Of a stretch of DNA of 64,000 nt, positions 39,966 through 53,352 are shown piece after piece. Origin of the DNA: Malacoraja senta (lineage: Eukaryota). The stretch covers positions 27,344,001 to 27,408,000 of the forward strand of contig CM075987.1 of NCBI GenBank assembly GCA_038087875.1. Direction: 5' to 3'. Position numbers and translations under genes: made by a program. The notes beneath the pieces are model-generated. The model was not told where the DNA came from, did not search any database, and worked only from the letters and a program-made list of their open reading frames with translations. Each line of letters begins with the position of its first letter. The first letter of the stretch is position 1.

Positions 39966-42900
39966 CTGAAAATGAAAAACAATACTGTTAGGTCCATTTT
40001 TTTGTTAAGAACGGCAATTAGAAATATTAGTTTGTTGCGCATAGAGAAAATCTACACACCATCTCATAATAGAACAGCACTTTTGGGGAAGATAAGCAGT
40101 GTTTGCATGTATTTCTGAGTGAAGCCTTGCCCAACAGAAAATTGGACTGGGCATGAATTTATCTGGGGAATAATGAAGATGATGTAAAGGAACTGCAGAT
40201 GCTGGTTATACAACGAAGATAGGCGACGTTTCTGAAGTTCTCAATCCGAAATGTTATAATTTTCTTCTCTCCAGAAATGCTGCCTGTCCCACTGAGTTAT
40301 TCCAGTATTTTGTGTCTCTCTTCAGTGACATGAAGATTTTTAAACTCCACATTCACTCATTTTATCATCCCAGATTTGTATTTGATTAAAAGTATCTGCC
40401 ACCCACAGCACAAGTTGACAGTGAAGTCCCTGGTGCCCTATTGCAGGACCAAGCTTGATCGTGACACTTGGTTTAATCAAGCCACTCTAAAGCTCGAGTC
40501 CCATGGGTTGTCAACACCACCCCTTCCTGATTTATATGTGCCCTATCCCATGACCATTTTTGAATGATAGGCCCACCAAGCCACAGTCTATGCAAAAATA
40601 TAGTAAATCACACTTGTACATTCCTAAACCATGGACCACTCAACTTTATTTATTTTTGCTGATCTCAGATTTAGTAACTTGATCCAAATTTAGGCAGTAG
40701 AGTTACAATAGATGTGTAGGAAGGAATTGCAGATGCTGATATAAATCGAAGATAGACACAAAAAGCTGGATGAGATTGAATCAAATATGTGTTCAAGTTA
40801 CTATATGTTCTTCTTGCCTCTCTCCCTTCTTGAACAGCAGTGTAACATTTCCAATTTTCCAGTCTTCGGGAACCACTACTGATTCTAGTGATTCTTGAAA
40901 GATCTCTACTAATGCCTTCACAATCTCTAAAGCCACCTCTTTCAGACCATAGGTGCAAGAGTAGGTCATTCGGCCCTTCGAGCCAGCACCGCCATTCAAT
41001 GTGATCATGACTGATTATCCGCAATCAGTGCCCCTTTCCTGCCTTCTCACCATATCCCTAAGAGCTCTATCTAACTCTCTTTTGAATGCATCCAGTGAAT
41101 CGCCCTCTACTGTCTTCTTTAGCTGAGAATTCCACAAATTTACAACTCTGTGTGAAAAAAGTAATATTTTCTGTAACAAACCCAGATTTGGAGGGACAGG
41201 AGCCCAACTTCTCCCACTTTGAGTTCTGTGTTTAGGAACAAACGACAACATTTCATAAGCCATTTGGATTACTTTCCAAACTATAGAGGACTCGCATGAC
41301 CTTTGGACTTTCTTCAACTCATTATCTTAAAAGCTTTTGTCTCTCCCTTTAAGGTTCAAGATAGATAACATTACATTTGCTATAAATGCATCAGTTATTC
41401 AAATTCCTTAGTATCTCTAATTTAATACTTTCTTCAACACGGCTTATAAAGGATCCATCTTTGTTTTATTTTCCAATTTAGGATGCAGTTTACTATTCCA
41501 TTATCTGTGCTAAAGAACAGATTAAAGCAATGAATGAATAAAGCAATAACATGCTACATAGTTGAGTAACTGCCCTTCAAAAAGCACAAGATTCATCAGT
41601 TGACCAATTTTAAATGGATCTATGCAAGCTCGCTGATCAACTGAAACATTTCAGGATGTTCACTCCCTATTGTTAATTATAAACTGTAGTAATTTTCCAG
41701 GCAACAGATGTTGGACTAATGGATCTGATATTTCCCTGGATTCCCTTTCACCTTTCTGAGATAGCAGTGACATCGACTGTTTTGCTTATTAATGGAATGA
41801 TTCACACATTGAGATAACTTTGTAGGTGCTCTGGGTATAAGCATCCAAAGTTCTCATTTACTTCCATTAAAATCCAGAGATTTAAACCATCTGGTCCTGG
41901 GATATGTCACTCTTTAGTGCCATTAACACCATTGTTATTGTTCTGTTTATAAAAATTTGGCAAACATGTGCCTCAATTCCATCAATTTTCTTGTAAAAAT
42001 GTTTATTTCATCCTTAGCATTGGTAAACTTTGTTTGAGATAAATACTGAACTAAGTATCACGTGTGTTCACCAATTCCCTAATCCCATTTACATCATTAC
42101 TGTTAATTATTTTTAAGAGAATTATCACCCCTTTTAATTTAAAAAGTTCTAATATTTAATGTTTGATCTTCTTAGACTCCCTTTGAGTCTTGATAACCTT
42201 CTGCTGTTTCTTGTCCTATTCTTAAGTCACTCAGATATACACTAGTTTTTGGTCTTGTCAGTTTAGTTTATTGTGTACCGAGGTACAGTGAAAAGCTTTT
42301 GTTGCGTGCTAACCAGTCAGCAGAAAAACAATACATAGAAACAAGATGCAAGAGTAGGCCATTCTAGCCAGCACCGCCATTCAATATGATCATGCTGATC
42401 ACTCAAAATCAGTACAGGGCAGTGGAGGCCAAAATCATTGGATGGATTTAAGAGTTAGATAGAGCTCTAGGGGCTATTGGAATCAAGCGATATGGGTAGC
42501 CATGATCACAATGAATGGTGGTGCTGGCTCGAAGGGCCGAATGGCCTCCTCCGGCACCTATTTTCTATGTTTCAAGCTTAACCTCCCCATTCTTGCACTC
42601 ACTGCCCCAATTAATGAAAGCCAGAATACCATTTGCCTTCTTAACCACATTATCTACCTACGCTGCCACCTTCAAGGGTCTTCAGACGTCAATACTCCCA
42701 AGGACTTTACCACTCAAGGTGTCTGTTCTAGTCTCATTAGTGAGCCTAAAATGCACAATTGCTCCAGTTTCTTTCCAACATACAAATTACTTGCTGTGCG
42801 ATTAAATGGCCACTGTAAATCACCCCATATCTTGTTAAATGTCAAAAGAATCAAAAGATATTGACAGCCACGTGACAGAGAATAAGTTACAGTATTAACG

Positions 42901-43227
42901 GAAAATAAGGGGAGAATATGATTAATAGGAATGCTGTGTGGGAATCTGATGGGCAAAATCATCTTTTTCCAGATTGCCATGCCAATAGCACCTGCAACAC
43001 TGGCAAGATGGATCCCAAGGACATGATGTGGCCACGGACAGTGAGGTACTGTACAATGCATGGCATGATAGTACATGGTAGACTACTGCCTTAGTGCGAG
43101 AGCTGAGTTCGGGCTTCCTGACTACGGATTCCTGACAACGGGCGCTGCCCATGCTAAAATTGTATTCCCCGTGGGGCATGTAGATTTTCTCTGGGTGCTC
43201 AAATTTCCTCCAACATGCCACCTCCAA

Positions 43228-44145
43228 CAGACATGGGGGGAGATGGGAAGATGTGGCGAGTGGTGGGGTCACGTTGGAGGTGGCGAAACTGACGGAGGAT
43301 AACTTGTTGTATGTGACGGCTGGTGGGGTGAAAGGTGAGAACAAGTGATCCTCCGTCAGTTTCGCCACCTCCAACGTGACCCCACCACTCGCCACATCTT
43401 CCCATCTCCCCCCATGTCTGCCTTCCGCAAAGACCGCTCCCTCCGTAACTCCCTTGTCAATTCTTCCCTTCCCTCCCATACCACCCCCTCCCCTGGTACT
43501 TTCCCTTGCAACCGCAAGAGATGCAACACTTGTCCCTTCACCTCCCCCCTCTACTCCATTCAAGGACCCAAGCAGTCGCTCCAGGTGCGACAGAGGTTCA
43601 CCTGCATCTCCTCCAACCTCATCTATTGCATCCGCTGCTCTAGATGCCAGCTGATCTACATCGGTGAGACCAAGCGGAGGCTTGGCGATCGTTTCGCCGA
43701 ACACCTCCGTCGGTCCGCAATAACCAACCTGACCTCCCGGTGGCTCAGCACTTCAACTCCCCCTCCCATTCCGTATCTGACCTCTCTGTCCTGGGTCTCC
43801 TCCATGGCCACAGCGAGCAACACCGGAAATTGGAGGAAATGCACCTCATATTCCGCTTGGGCAGTCTACATCCTGGGGGCTTGAACATTGAATTCTCCCA
43901 ATTCTGCTAGCCCTTGCTGTCCCCTCCCCTTCATCAGCCATCTGGTTGTCTCCTCCCCTCCCCCAGCCCTCGGGCTCCTCCTCCGCCTTTTTCCCTTTCT
44001 TCTCCCCACCCCCTATCAGTCTGAAGAAGGGTTTCGGCCCGAAACGTTACCTATTTCCTTCGCTCCATAGATGCTGCTGCACCCGCTGAGTTTCTCCAGC
44101 ATTTTTGTGTACCTTCGATTTTCCAGCATCTGCAGTTCCTTCTTT
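43228..44145 (+). mobile_element. Penelope-like 3' fragment (GIY-YIG) with an inverted 5' segment
   Basis: C..KRCNTCPF, NLIYCIRCSRCQLIYIGETKRRLGDRFAEH; inverted arms 43228-43300 and 43348-43420; hammerhead motif 44021-44048. Confidence 0.9.
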
Positions 44146-45321
44146 AACACAATGATCATCCATAGCCAGAATACAGGACCAGTTGCCAAGCAGTTCTAGA
44201 GACATTCGGCAAACATAGAAAATAGGTGCAGGAATCGGCCATTCGGCCCCTCGAGCCATTCAATATCATGGCTGATCATCCAAAATAAGTACGCCGTTCC
44301 TGCTTTCCCCCCATATCCCTTGATCCTAGGAGCTAAATCTAACTCTCTCTTAAAACCACAGCAGAGGCAGCAAAGCCAGAGTTGAAACTCCTTTTGTACA
44401 CTTACCTTTCATGAGATGCTGCCTGACCCTGAGTCACGACAGCATTTTGTGCCTACCTGGTGTAAACCAGCATTTGCAGTTCCTTGTTATTACTTCGATC
44501 TAAGCTACAGAGTGGATGAAGTTAGAACCGGCAAGATAGACACAAAATGGTGAGACGGGTGAAGAAGGGGTCTTGACCCGAAACATCACCCATTCCTTCT
44601 CCCCAGAGATGTTGCCCGCCCCGCTGAGTTACTCCAGCTTTTTGTGTCTACCTTGGGTGTAGTAGAGCAGTAGCTGCAGTCCCTTGAGCGGGCGGGCAGG
44701 CAGCGGCCAGAGCTCACACGTTGTGTGGAAGCCGGGGCAGCGGGCTGCTGGAGGAGGGCGGGGCAGAGAGACAAGACATGTGCTCCCAGTCCCACACCTC
44801 GACCGGCCACCTGAAATGGCGGGCAGCCCACCCTCCACACCGGGCAGAGGCAGCATGTGGCCGGGCAGAGGCAGCCTGGCGGTTGGGGAAGGGGAAAGAC
44901 AGAAAGACAGACAGACAGACAGACAGACAGAGCGCTCGGCCGCCAGCCTGTTCCCGGGGAGAAGCCACATGGCGGAGGGAGCACGAACATGGCCACCGGG
45001 GAGAGAGAGAGAGAGAGACGCCAGCACCGGGGAGGGAGGGAGGCCACATGGCGAGGTGCCGCCCAGCGAGTGGGTGAGGGACGGAGGGCACCGGTCTCCC
45101 GCCCTTCTTACCTCAGCGCCCGCCCGGCCGCCCCCGTCCCCTCCCCTCCCGCCCGCCGCTTCAGTCCCCCTTGGCCGGCCGGCCGGCGTCCCTCAGTCCC
45201 TCAGCCGCCGCCGCTCACCTTGCCGCCCCGCCTCAGCCCTAGACATAGACCGGCCTCAGTTGCCGCTGTCTCCTCTTCCTCTTCCTCCCCCCCCCTGTGA
45301 TTCCCCGCCGCCGCCGCTCAC

Positions 45322-45372
45322 CTTGCCGGCCGCCCGGCCGAGCCGCACGATGCCCAGCTTGAAGTCCGACAT
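45322..45372 (-). CDS. ZMYND19: ZMYND19 exon 1 (coding part)
   Basis: gcc[20 protein letters not shown]|gtgagc; the six exons total 684 nt = 227 aa plus stop. Confidence 0.97.
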
Positions 45373-45650
45373 GGCGCTTCCCCGCCCCGCCCCCCCAACC
45401 CCACGCACGCGCGCGCAAGCACACGGGCACGAGCACGGCCTCCTCCCCCTCCCCCTCCCCCTCCCGCTCCCGCCCGCGCGCGCGCCCGCCCGGCCCCGCA
45501 AACCCCTTCCGGAGCGCCGCCGCAGCCAATCGTGCCCCGTCACACGGGGCAACCGTTGCCATGGTGACGTCAGTTTCGCGGGAAGCTTCCCAGGTGGGTG
45601 CGGGTTGCCCCGCCGGCGTCCGCCTTCAAATCACCTGCTCCAGACCACTC
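45373..45650. promoter_or_regulatory. CpG-island promoter of ZMYND19, possibly bidirectional
   Basis: CCAAT 45526; X-box-like GTTGCCATGGTGAC 45555-45568; TGACGTCA 45565-45572; TTTCGCGG 45574. Confidence 0.75.
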
Positions 45651-45658
45651 CACACAGT

Positions 45659-46220
<562 letters not shown>

Positions 46221-46477
46221 CTTGAAGAGTCTGAAGAAGGGTCCCGACATGAAACATCAACAATCCCTTCTCGTTAACGATGCTGCCTGACCCGTTGAGT
46301 TACTCTAACACTTTGTGTCTATCTATTCCTGTTCTAACATTGAATAAGATTTTGAACAAAATTGCTTGCAAGAAACCTTGTCTCCCTGCCTTCCAGGGCT
46401 GATATGGTTATTGAAGATCTTTGACTTTAATGAAGATCTTTCACTCCATTATATTCAGCGATGGTGACCACATGTCA

Positions 46478-47006
46478 CAGTGGTGCAGCGGTAGAGCTGC
46501 TGCCTCACAGCGCTAGTGTTCCAGGTTCGATCCTGACTACGAGTTCTGTCCGTGTGCAGTTTGTACATTCTCCCTGTGATCGCGTGGGTTTTCTCTGGAT
46601 TTGTTTAGAGATACAGCACGGAAACAGGCCCTTCAGCCCACTAATTCCGCGCCGACCATCGATCCCTGTACACTAGCGCTATCCTACACATTAGGGACAA
46701 TTTACAATCTTTACCGAAGCCAATTAACCTACAAACCTGTATGTCTTTGGAGTGTAGGAGGAAACCGGAGCTCCCTGAGGAAACCCACGCAGCAAATCTA
46801 CAGCTGCGCCACCATGCTGCTCCGGTTTACTCCCACATTCCACTGATGTGCAGGTTAATTGGCTTCTGTAAATTGCTCCTCGTGCACAGGGAGAGGATGC
46901 AAAAGTGGGAAAACATCGAACTAGTGTGAACGGACGATCGATGGTCGATGTGGACTGGGTGGGCCGAAGGGCCTGTTTCCATGCTGTATTTCTAAACTAA
47001 ACTAAA
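46478..47006. mobile_element. Rearranged tRNA-derived (HE1/V-SINE-like) SINE cluster
   Basis: A box tggtgcagcgg, B box ggttcgatcc, (taaac)n tail, internal inverted segment. Confidence 0.7.
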
Positions 47007-48579
47007 CCCCTCCCCCGCCCTTTTGTGACATGGGTCTGTCTCACTGATGACCTTGATCAAGCTAGCCTGTTATCTGTGAACAGGTTCAACACAGCTTCAC
47101 TTGAACTTTTGTGTATTGCTAAAACTGTCTTCCTGCAACAAATGACGTAAGTCTCCACGTGTTTGTGTGTAGAATTGATGGATGAATGTGCATGTTTGTT
47201 GTAGAATTATAGAGAGATACGGCACGGAAACAGGCCCTTCGGCCCACCACGTTCATACAGGCAGATTTAGATCAATTTAACTTGGCATCATGTTCGGCAC
47301 AAACATTGTGGTCTGTAGGGCCCGTTCCTGTCCTGTACTGTTCTATGTGTAGGAAGGAACTGCAGATAAACCAAAGATAGACACAAAAAGCTGGAGTAGC
47401 TCTGCGGGTCAGACTGAAGAATGGTCTTGACCCGAAGCGTCACCTATTCCTTTTCTCTGTCGATGCTACCTGACCCGCTGAATTACTCCAGCTTTTTGTG
47501 TCTATCTTCTGTACTGTTCTGTGTACCTAAGAGTTAGGCCATCGGTAGTGGTTGGATTTAACTTGAGTTCACATAAACTTTTCACAAGTTTTGTTATTTA
47601 AACATGTATGTATCGAATGTAAGCCAGCATTTGTTGCCCATTCTTAATTATCCCTGAGAAGGTGGCGGTAAGTTGCCATCTGGAACCTCTGCAGACACTG
47701 ATGCTTTGGTCGACTTGTTCCCCCCGGGGAATAATGGATGGACGAGGAGAGGGATGTGGCATCCAAGGAAGGAGATGGCTGGAGGCCCTCAGCAGCTTGG
47801 AACCTGCTCCGGTTTCCTCCCACACTCCAAAGACGTACAGGTTTGTAGGTTAATTGGCTTCGGTAAAGATTGTAAATTGTTCCTAGTGTGTAGGATAGCG
47901 CTAGTGTACAGGGATCGATGGTCAGTGGGCTGAAGGGCCTGCTTCCGTTCTGTATCTCTAAACAAATCCAGAGAAAACCCACGCGATCACAGGGAGAATG
48001 TACAACCCGTACACAGACAGAACCTGGGACTCTAGTCGCTGCACCGCCATTACATGCGGCACTGCTCATATGCCAGGCTTTGTCCCATCCCAGCTTTCTC
48101 TCCCCTACTACAATCAATCAGCCTGACCTGAAAGTTCATTTATCCCTTTCCTTCACAGTCGCTGTCTGACCCGCTGAGTTAGTCCTGCAAAGATAGACAC
48201 AAAATGCTGGAGTAACTCAGCAGGACAGGCAGCATCTGTGGATGGAATGAGAAGGACTGGGTGATGATTCAGGTCAAGACCCTTCTCCAAACACTCAACA
48301 GGTCAGACAGCACCCATAGAAAAAGAATAATTTCACATTTTGGGTCAATGTTAAATTGTCAATGGCGTCCAAGGAAGGAGAAGGCTGGAGCCTCTAGACG
48401 GTTAGACGCCAACCGCCTGGCAATTGCCTGGGACAGGCAGAGAGTGTGGAATTTGAACATGGCGCCAAAACATGGCACCTCCTGCAAGCGACTCTGTAGA
48501 GTATTCCTGTACATTTGCTGATCGGAGGTGTAGTGATACTCTTCTGGACTGTTTGTAAGGAAAATAATTTCACTGTGTG

Positions 48580-49087
48580 GGAAGGAACTACAGATGCTAG
48601 TTTACTCCGACGGTAGACACAAAATGCTGGAGTAACTCAGCGAGACAGGCAGCATCTCTGGAGAGAAGGAATGGGTGACGTTTCTGATCGAGACCCTTCA
48701 TCAAACAGAGTCAGGAGATGGAGACATAGAGATAAGGAAGTGTAAGGTGTGAGAAGGATACATCAAAGGGGACGTAGTTCAAGTAGAATAGATCACTGTT
48801 AGCTGAAGAGAAGGTGACAACGAGGCATGCAATGTAAAATTTAACCAGGAGGACAGAAAAACTAGTTGGAGAACTTGGATGGGGGAGGGATGGAGAGAGA
48901 GGGAAAGCAAGGGTTACTTGAAGTTGGAGATGTCTATGTTCATACCGCTGGGGTGTAAACTACCCAAGCGAAATATGAGATGCTGTTCTTCCAATTTGCG
49001 CTGGGCCTCATTCTGACAATGGAGGAGGCCCAGGACAGAAAGGTCAGTGTGGGAACGGGAGGGGGAGTCAAAGTGTTTAGCAACCCA
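48580..49087 (-). mobile_element. Penelope-like terminal fragment
   Basis: Same family as 37702-38115. Confidence 0.8.
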
Positions 49088-49287
49088 TTTACTGTGTTAA
49101 CAATTAACATACGTGACAATAAAAAGCACTATTGACTTTAATAATTATTTTTACAATTAATTAAAAAAGTTAAATGTGCTTTAAAAAAATGTTTCTTTCT
49201 ACTAATCTTTTTCAAAATAACTTTTAAATTGTTTGTACTTTCACTATCTCCCCGTAATGCGTCTGTTCAGGAGAGAGATTGAGACTT

Positions 49288-49309
49288 ATGGACAGAGCCG
49301 AGAGTGCAG
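49288..49309 (+). CDS. STPG3-like gene, putative first coding exon (exon 49271-49309)
   Basis: ttcag|...ATG MDRAESA G|gtaagc; phase 1 joins exon 50504. Confidence 0.5.
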
Positions 49310-49489
49310 GTAAGCCAGTGTATCTCTAAACAAATCCAGAGAAAGCCCACGCGATCACAGGGAGATCGGTTACCTACACAGTGAGTGAATGATTTCAAGG
49401 CCACTCCAGATTAATGCCACTCCAGCCCCAAACAATGTTCATGTTTCATTTCAATGAACTTTCATCAAACCTGTTTTTTTTATCCACGT

Positions 49490-50042
49490 TGCACTTGCAC
49501 CTCCTCCAACCTCATCTCATCTACTGTCTCCGCTGTTTCAGGTGTGGGCTCGTATATATATATAGCGGTGAGACCAAGCGCAGGCTCAGCGAACGTTTCG
49601 CTGAACACCTCCACTCAGTCCGCCTAAGCCTATGCGATCTCCCAGTTGCTCAACTCTTTAACTCCCCTTCCCATTCCCACTCTGACCTGAGCCTCCTCCA
49701 CTGTCAGAGTGAGGCCCAGCGCAAACTGGAGGAACAGCACCTAATATTTTGCTTGAACAGCTTACACCCCAACAGTATGAATATTGATTTCTCTAACTTC
49801 AAGTAACCCTTGCTTTCCCTCTCTCTCCGTCCCTCCCCCACCCTAGTTCTCCAACTAGTTTCATTGTCCTCCTCATTAATTTTACTGATTGTATGCCTCA
49901 TTGTCACCGCCCCCTCAGCCAACAAGGAACCATTCTACATACTCTTGATCATGGTCTGCTTTGATCTGTAATTTTCATGCACCACCTTTGCATATCGCTC
50001 GTCTCTCTCTCCCCTGACTCCCAGTCTGAAGAAGGGTCTTGA
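49490..50042 (+). mobile_element. Penelope-like GIY-YIG 3' fragment
   Basis: LIYCLRC..CG.VY..GETKRRLSERFAEH...LEEQHLIF..MNIDFSNFK. Confidence 0.85.
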
Positions 50043-50503
50043 CATAGATACATAGACAATAGGTGCATGAGAAGGCCATTCGGCCCTTCGAGCCAGCACC
50101 GCCATTCAATATGATCATGGCTGATCATCCACAATCTGTACCCCGTTCCTGCCTTCTCCCCATATCCCTTGATTCTGCTATCTTTAAGAGCTCTATCCAA
50201 CTCTCTTTTGAAAGCATCCAGTGAATCGGCCTCCACTGCCGTCTGAGGCAGAGAATTCCACAGATTCACAAGTTTACATGATGATTATGGAGAGACTTAT
50301 ATTGGTTGGGAAAAACTCTCTCTTAAAATCGCATCCAGGCCTTTGTTATGTACATCTGATAGATCGTTAGTTTGACAGATCATTAGTTTAATATCTCATC
50401 CGTGAGACATCTTCAACTCCACAGCACACTGTTCAAAGGAAGATGTGTGTTATTGCAAGTGCTGTGAATGGTTAATGTTGACATTGCTCGCTTGCCTCTC
50501 TAG

Positions 50504-50951
50504 TGACAGCCAACTCAAGGATGAAGGTGGTGATCAATCTTCCCAGAACTGAGTCTTCATTTGAGGACTTCACCCAGGGAAGATCCAGGGACATCAAGCC
50601 GCACGTTGGTGGTAGGGGCTCCTATTTGCACATGGCCTTAAATAAAGAGGAACATGCCTTGGATGAAGATGGTGCCAAGGGCGACGCAGCTCCACCCACC
50701 CTGAAGAAACCGCGGCGTAAGGTATCTTTCCTGGACGTAGACCCCATGAAAGGAGATGAGCCTCCTGGGACCATCGTCCCTGGTTGTGACCAGATGAACA
50801 AAGCCAATAAGGTGCAGCAACTGACAAAGCCACAGACTCGGCATCTCCCGGATGGACCACTCCGTAACGTACCGCCCAACCTTGCCGGCTGTGACAAGCC
50901 GACAGATCCGAACCAACCTCTCAATGTCCAGCGCCTCCAGTTGGGATCAAG
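50504..50951 (+). CDS. STPG3-like gene exon B
   Basis: ctctctag| 448-nt open non-repeat exon (VTANSRMKVV...KKPRRKVSF...LGS AG|gtacaa), phase 1 to 2. Confidence 0.7.
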
Positions 50952-51109
50952 GTACAAAGACAATGAGTGACCTTCAAAGTGTGTCAGAGTGGCTTGGTTT
51001 GGTTTATTATTGTCACGTGTACCGAGGTGCAGTGAGAAACCTCATTGTCACGTGCTATCCAGTCAGCGAAAAGAATATATATGATCACAATCAAGCCGTC
51101 CACTGTAAA

Positions 51110-51415
51110 GGGGCGGCACGGTGGCACAGCGGAAGAGTTGCTGCCTCACAGCGCCAGAGACCCGGGTTCCATCCTGACCACGGGTGCTGTCGGTACGGAG
51201 TTTGTACGTTCTCCCTGTGAGCACGTGAGTTTTCTCCGGGTGCTCCGGTTTCCTCCCACATTCCAAAGACGTGCAGGTTTGTAGGTTAATTGATCTCAGT
51301 ATGTTGTAAAAACATTGTCCTTAGTTGTGAGTAGGTTAGATCACTGGTCGGTGCCGACTCAATGGATCTAACGGCCTGTATTACACCCAGTATCTCTATA
51401 GTCCAAAGTTTAAAC
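51110..51415 (+). mobile_element. tRNA-derived HE1/V-SINE-like SINE (similar copies at ~51771-52030 + and ~63445-63727 -)
   Basis: tggcacagcgg A box, ggttccatcc B box, central ctccggtttcctcccaca..ccaaagacgt. Confidence 0.75.
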
Positions 51416-51643
51416 AAAGGGCTTACCAGTTTCCAAAAACATGTTGACATTGCAGGTGCCGTCATTAATGCACATCTTAGTTCATAAGATATTTTTAAGT
51501 TCACAACTTGGTCTTTCTATTCCCCATTCTGCTTTTAGAGAATCATATTAGAAACAAAACAAAACTATTTTTAAATGCGAGTTGTGAAAACAAATCTCTC
51601 TAATTCTAAAGCAGTGACTTGATTTTTTTTTCTTTGGTCTTAG

Positions 51644-51693
51644 GCGAGAAGCGAATGGGAACCTCAATCCTGTCCCCCTGTCTAAACCAGTCA
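51644..51693 (+). CDS. STPG3-like gene exon C
   Basis: Poly-T...cttag|G REANGNLNPVPLSKPV A|gtgagt; 50 nt, phase 2 to 1. Confidence 0.65.
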
Positions 51694-52695
51694 GTGAGTA
51701 TACCAGAAGCAGACCAGTGGATGGGTGGTGTTGGGTCGGTGAAGGCTGCAAAGTCCAATTGTAGTTATTGTGGCGACACAGTGGTGCAGCAGGTAGAGCT
51801 GCTGCCTCACCCGCCATTGACCCGGGTCCAATCCTGACCTCGGGTGCTGTCCGTGTGGAGTTTTCACACTCTCTATGTGTCCACGTAGGTTTCCTCCGGG
51901 TCTTCCGGTTTCCTCCCACGTCCCAAAGACGTGCGGGTTTGCAGGTTAACTGGCTCTCTGTAAATTGCCCCTTACTGTGTGTGGAGGGGATGAGAATGTG
52001 GGATACCATAGAACTTAGCGTGAACGAGCCATCAATCTTTCACCATTTAGCTTCACCTTTTTACCAATGTGAACGTCACCTTTTTCCGTATTAATTGACT
52101 GATTACAATTACTTACCCTATTGTTTTATTACTTTGTTGTCACGTGTACTTGGTAAAGTGAAATTCTTTGTTTTGCATACAGTATGCAAATAATCGCTAC
52201 ATAAAGGGCACAGACAAAGTTACAAAAAGTATTCAATATAGTCCCAATGCTCGCTCTTCCATCTCACCCTCACCCACATACACTCCCAACCCCACTTCCA
52301 CCACCCCTTTCACCCCCACCCACACCCACTCCCAATCCCCACCTCCCCTTTCACCCCCACCTCCACTGTCCCCCACCTAAGATCCATTTTCCTGCACCAA
52401 CCACAGATCTTTCTTTCCCCGTCCTCCTTCACTCCCTGCTGGGTATCTCTTTGTCAAATTTTTGACGGTGGAGATAGATAGGTTTTTGATCGGTACGGGT
52501 GTCCGGGGTTACGGGGAGTAGGCAGGAGAATGGGGTTGAGAGGGAGAGATAGATCAGCCATGATTGAATGGCGGAGTAGACTCGATGGTGCCGATTGGCC
52601 TAATTCTGCTCCTGGAACTGATGAAGTGATGAACATCCATCATTCTCCATGTAGATGAAGCAGACGGCCTGACTATGTGAATGTATTTATTCCAG

Positions 52696-52781
52696 GGGTG
52701 GGGAGTCAAGCATCGTGGCAGTGGGACCTGCAACAACCCCGCGACCCTTTTATGAGGAAGATACCCAATGTCACTGTGAAG
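52696..52781 (+). CDS. STPG3-like gene exon D
   Basis: ttccag|GG VGSQASWQWDLQQPRDPFMRKIPNVTVK|gtgggt; 86 nt, phase 1 to 0. Confidence 0.7.
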
Positions 52782-53060
52782 GTGGGTGCCCAAAATCCTA
52801 ACACACTTGCAATAAAAACAACCTATATCCAGTATAGTCTTTAGCCTGTGTAAGAAAGAACTGCAGTTGCTGCTTTAAACCGAAGATGGACACACAATGC
52901 TGGAGTAACTCAGCAGGACAGGCAGCATCTCTGGAGAGAAGGAATGGGTGATGTATCGGGTCGAGAACCTTCCTCTGACCAGATCTGAATCGTCACCCAT
53001 TCCGTCTCTCCACAGATCCTGTCTGACCCGCTGAGTTACTCCAGCTTTTTGTGTCTGTAG

Positions 53061-53352
53061 TCTTTAGTCTGCTACCTATCCTCATCTGCAGCTACTTTGT
53101 GTGTATGTCCACACCCGGATCACAGTCCCCAGCTCACTTGTTGCTAGTGGAAGTCTTTACAACACACACACCAAAACAGACGTTTATTTCTCCTCTGTGA
53201 ATTGTTTCAAAGAAATGAACATCCCATGCCAGCTGTATTTCCTTTTTTTTTAATGCACTTTAATTGTGCTTATAAATAATTTTCTTTCAGTTCCAGTATA
53301 TTTCACTTTACTGATCCCCATTGAATTTGCACCCAAAACACAAACATGTTTA
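53061..53352 (+). repeat. 292-bp segment duplicated at 63152-63443
   Basis: Direct copy; 3 substitutions seen. Confidence 0.9.

Noticed and set aside
47084..47146. Possible 5'UTR exon of the plus-strand gene (cag|...GAC|gtaagt)
   Set aside because: Splice signals only, with no independent support; not listed as a feature
51110..51180. tRNA gene-like A/B boxes
   Set aside because: They are SINE heads that continue into a SINE body and tail; no full cloverleaf seen
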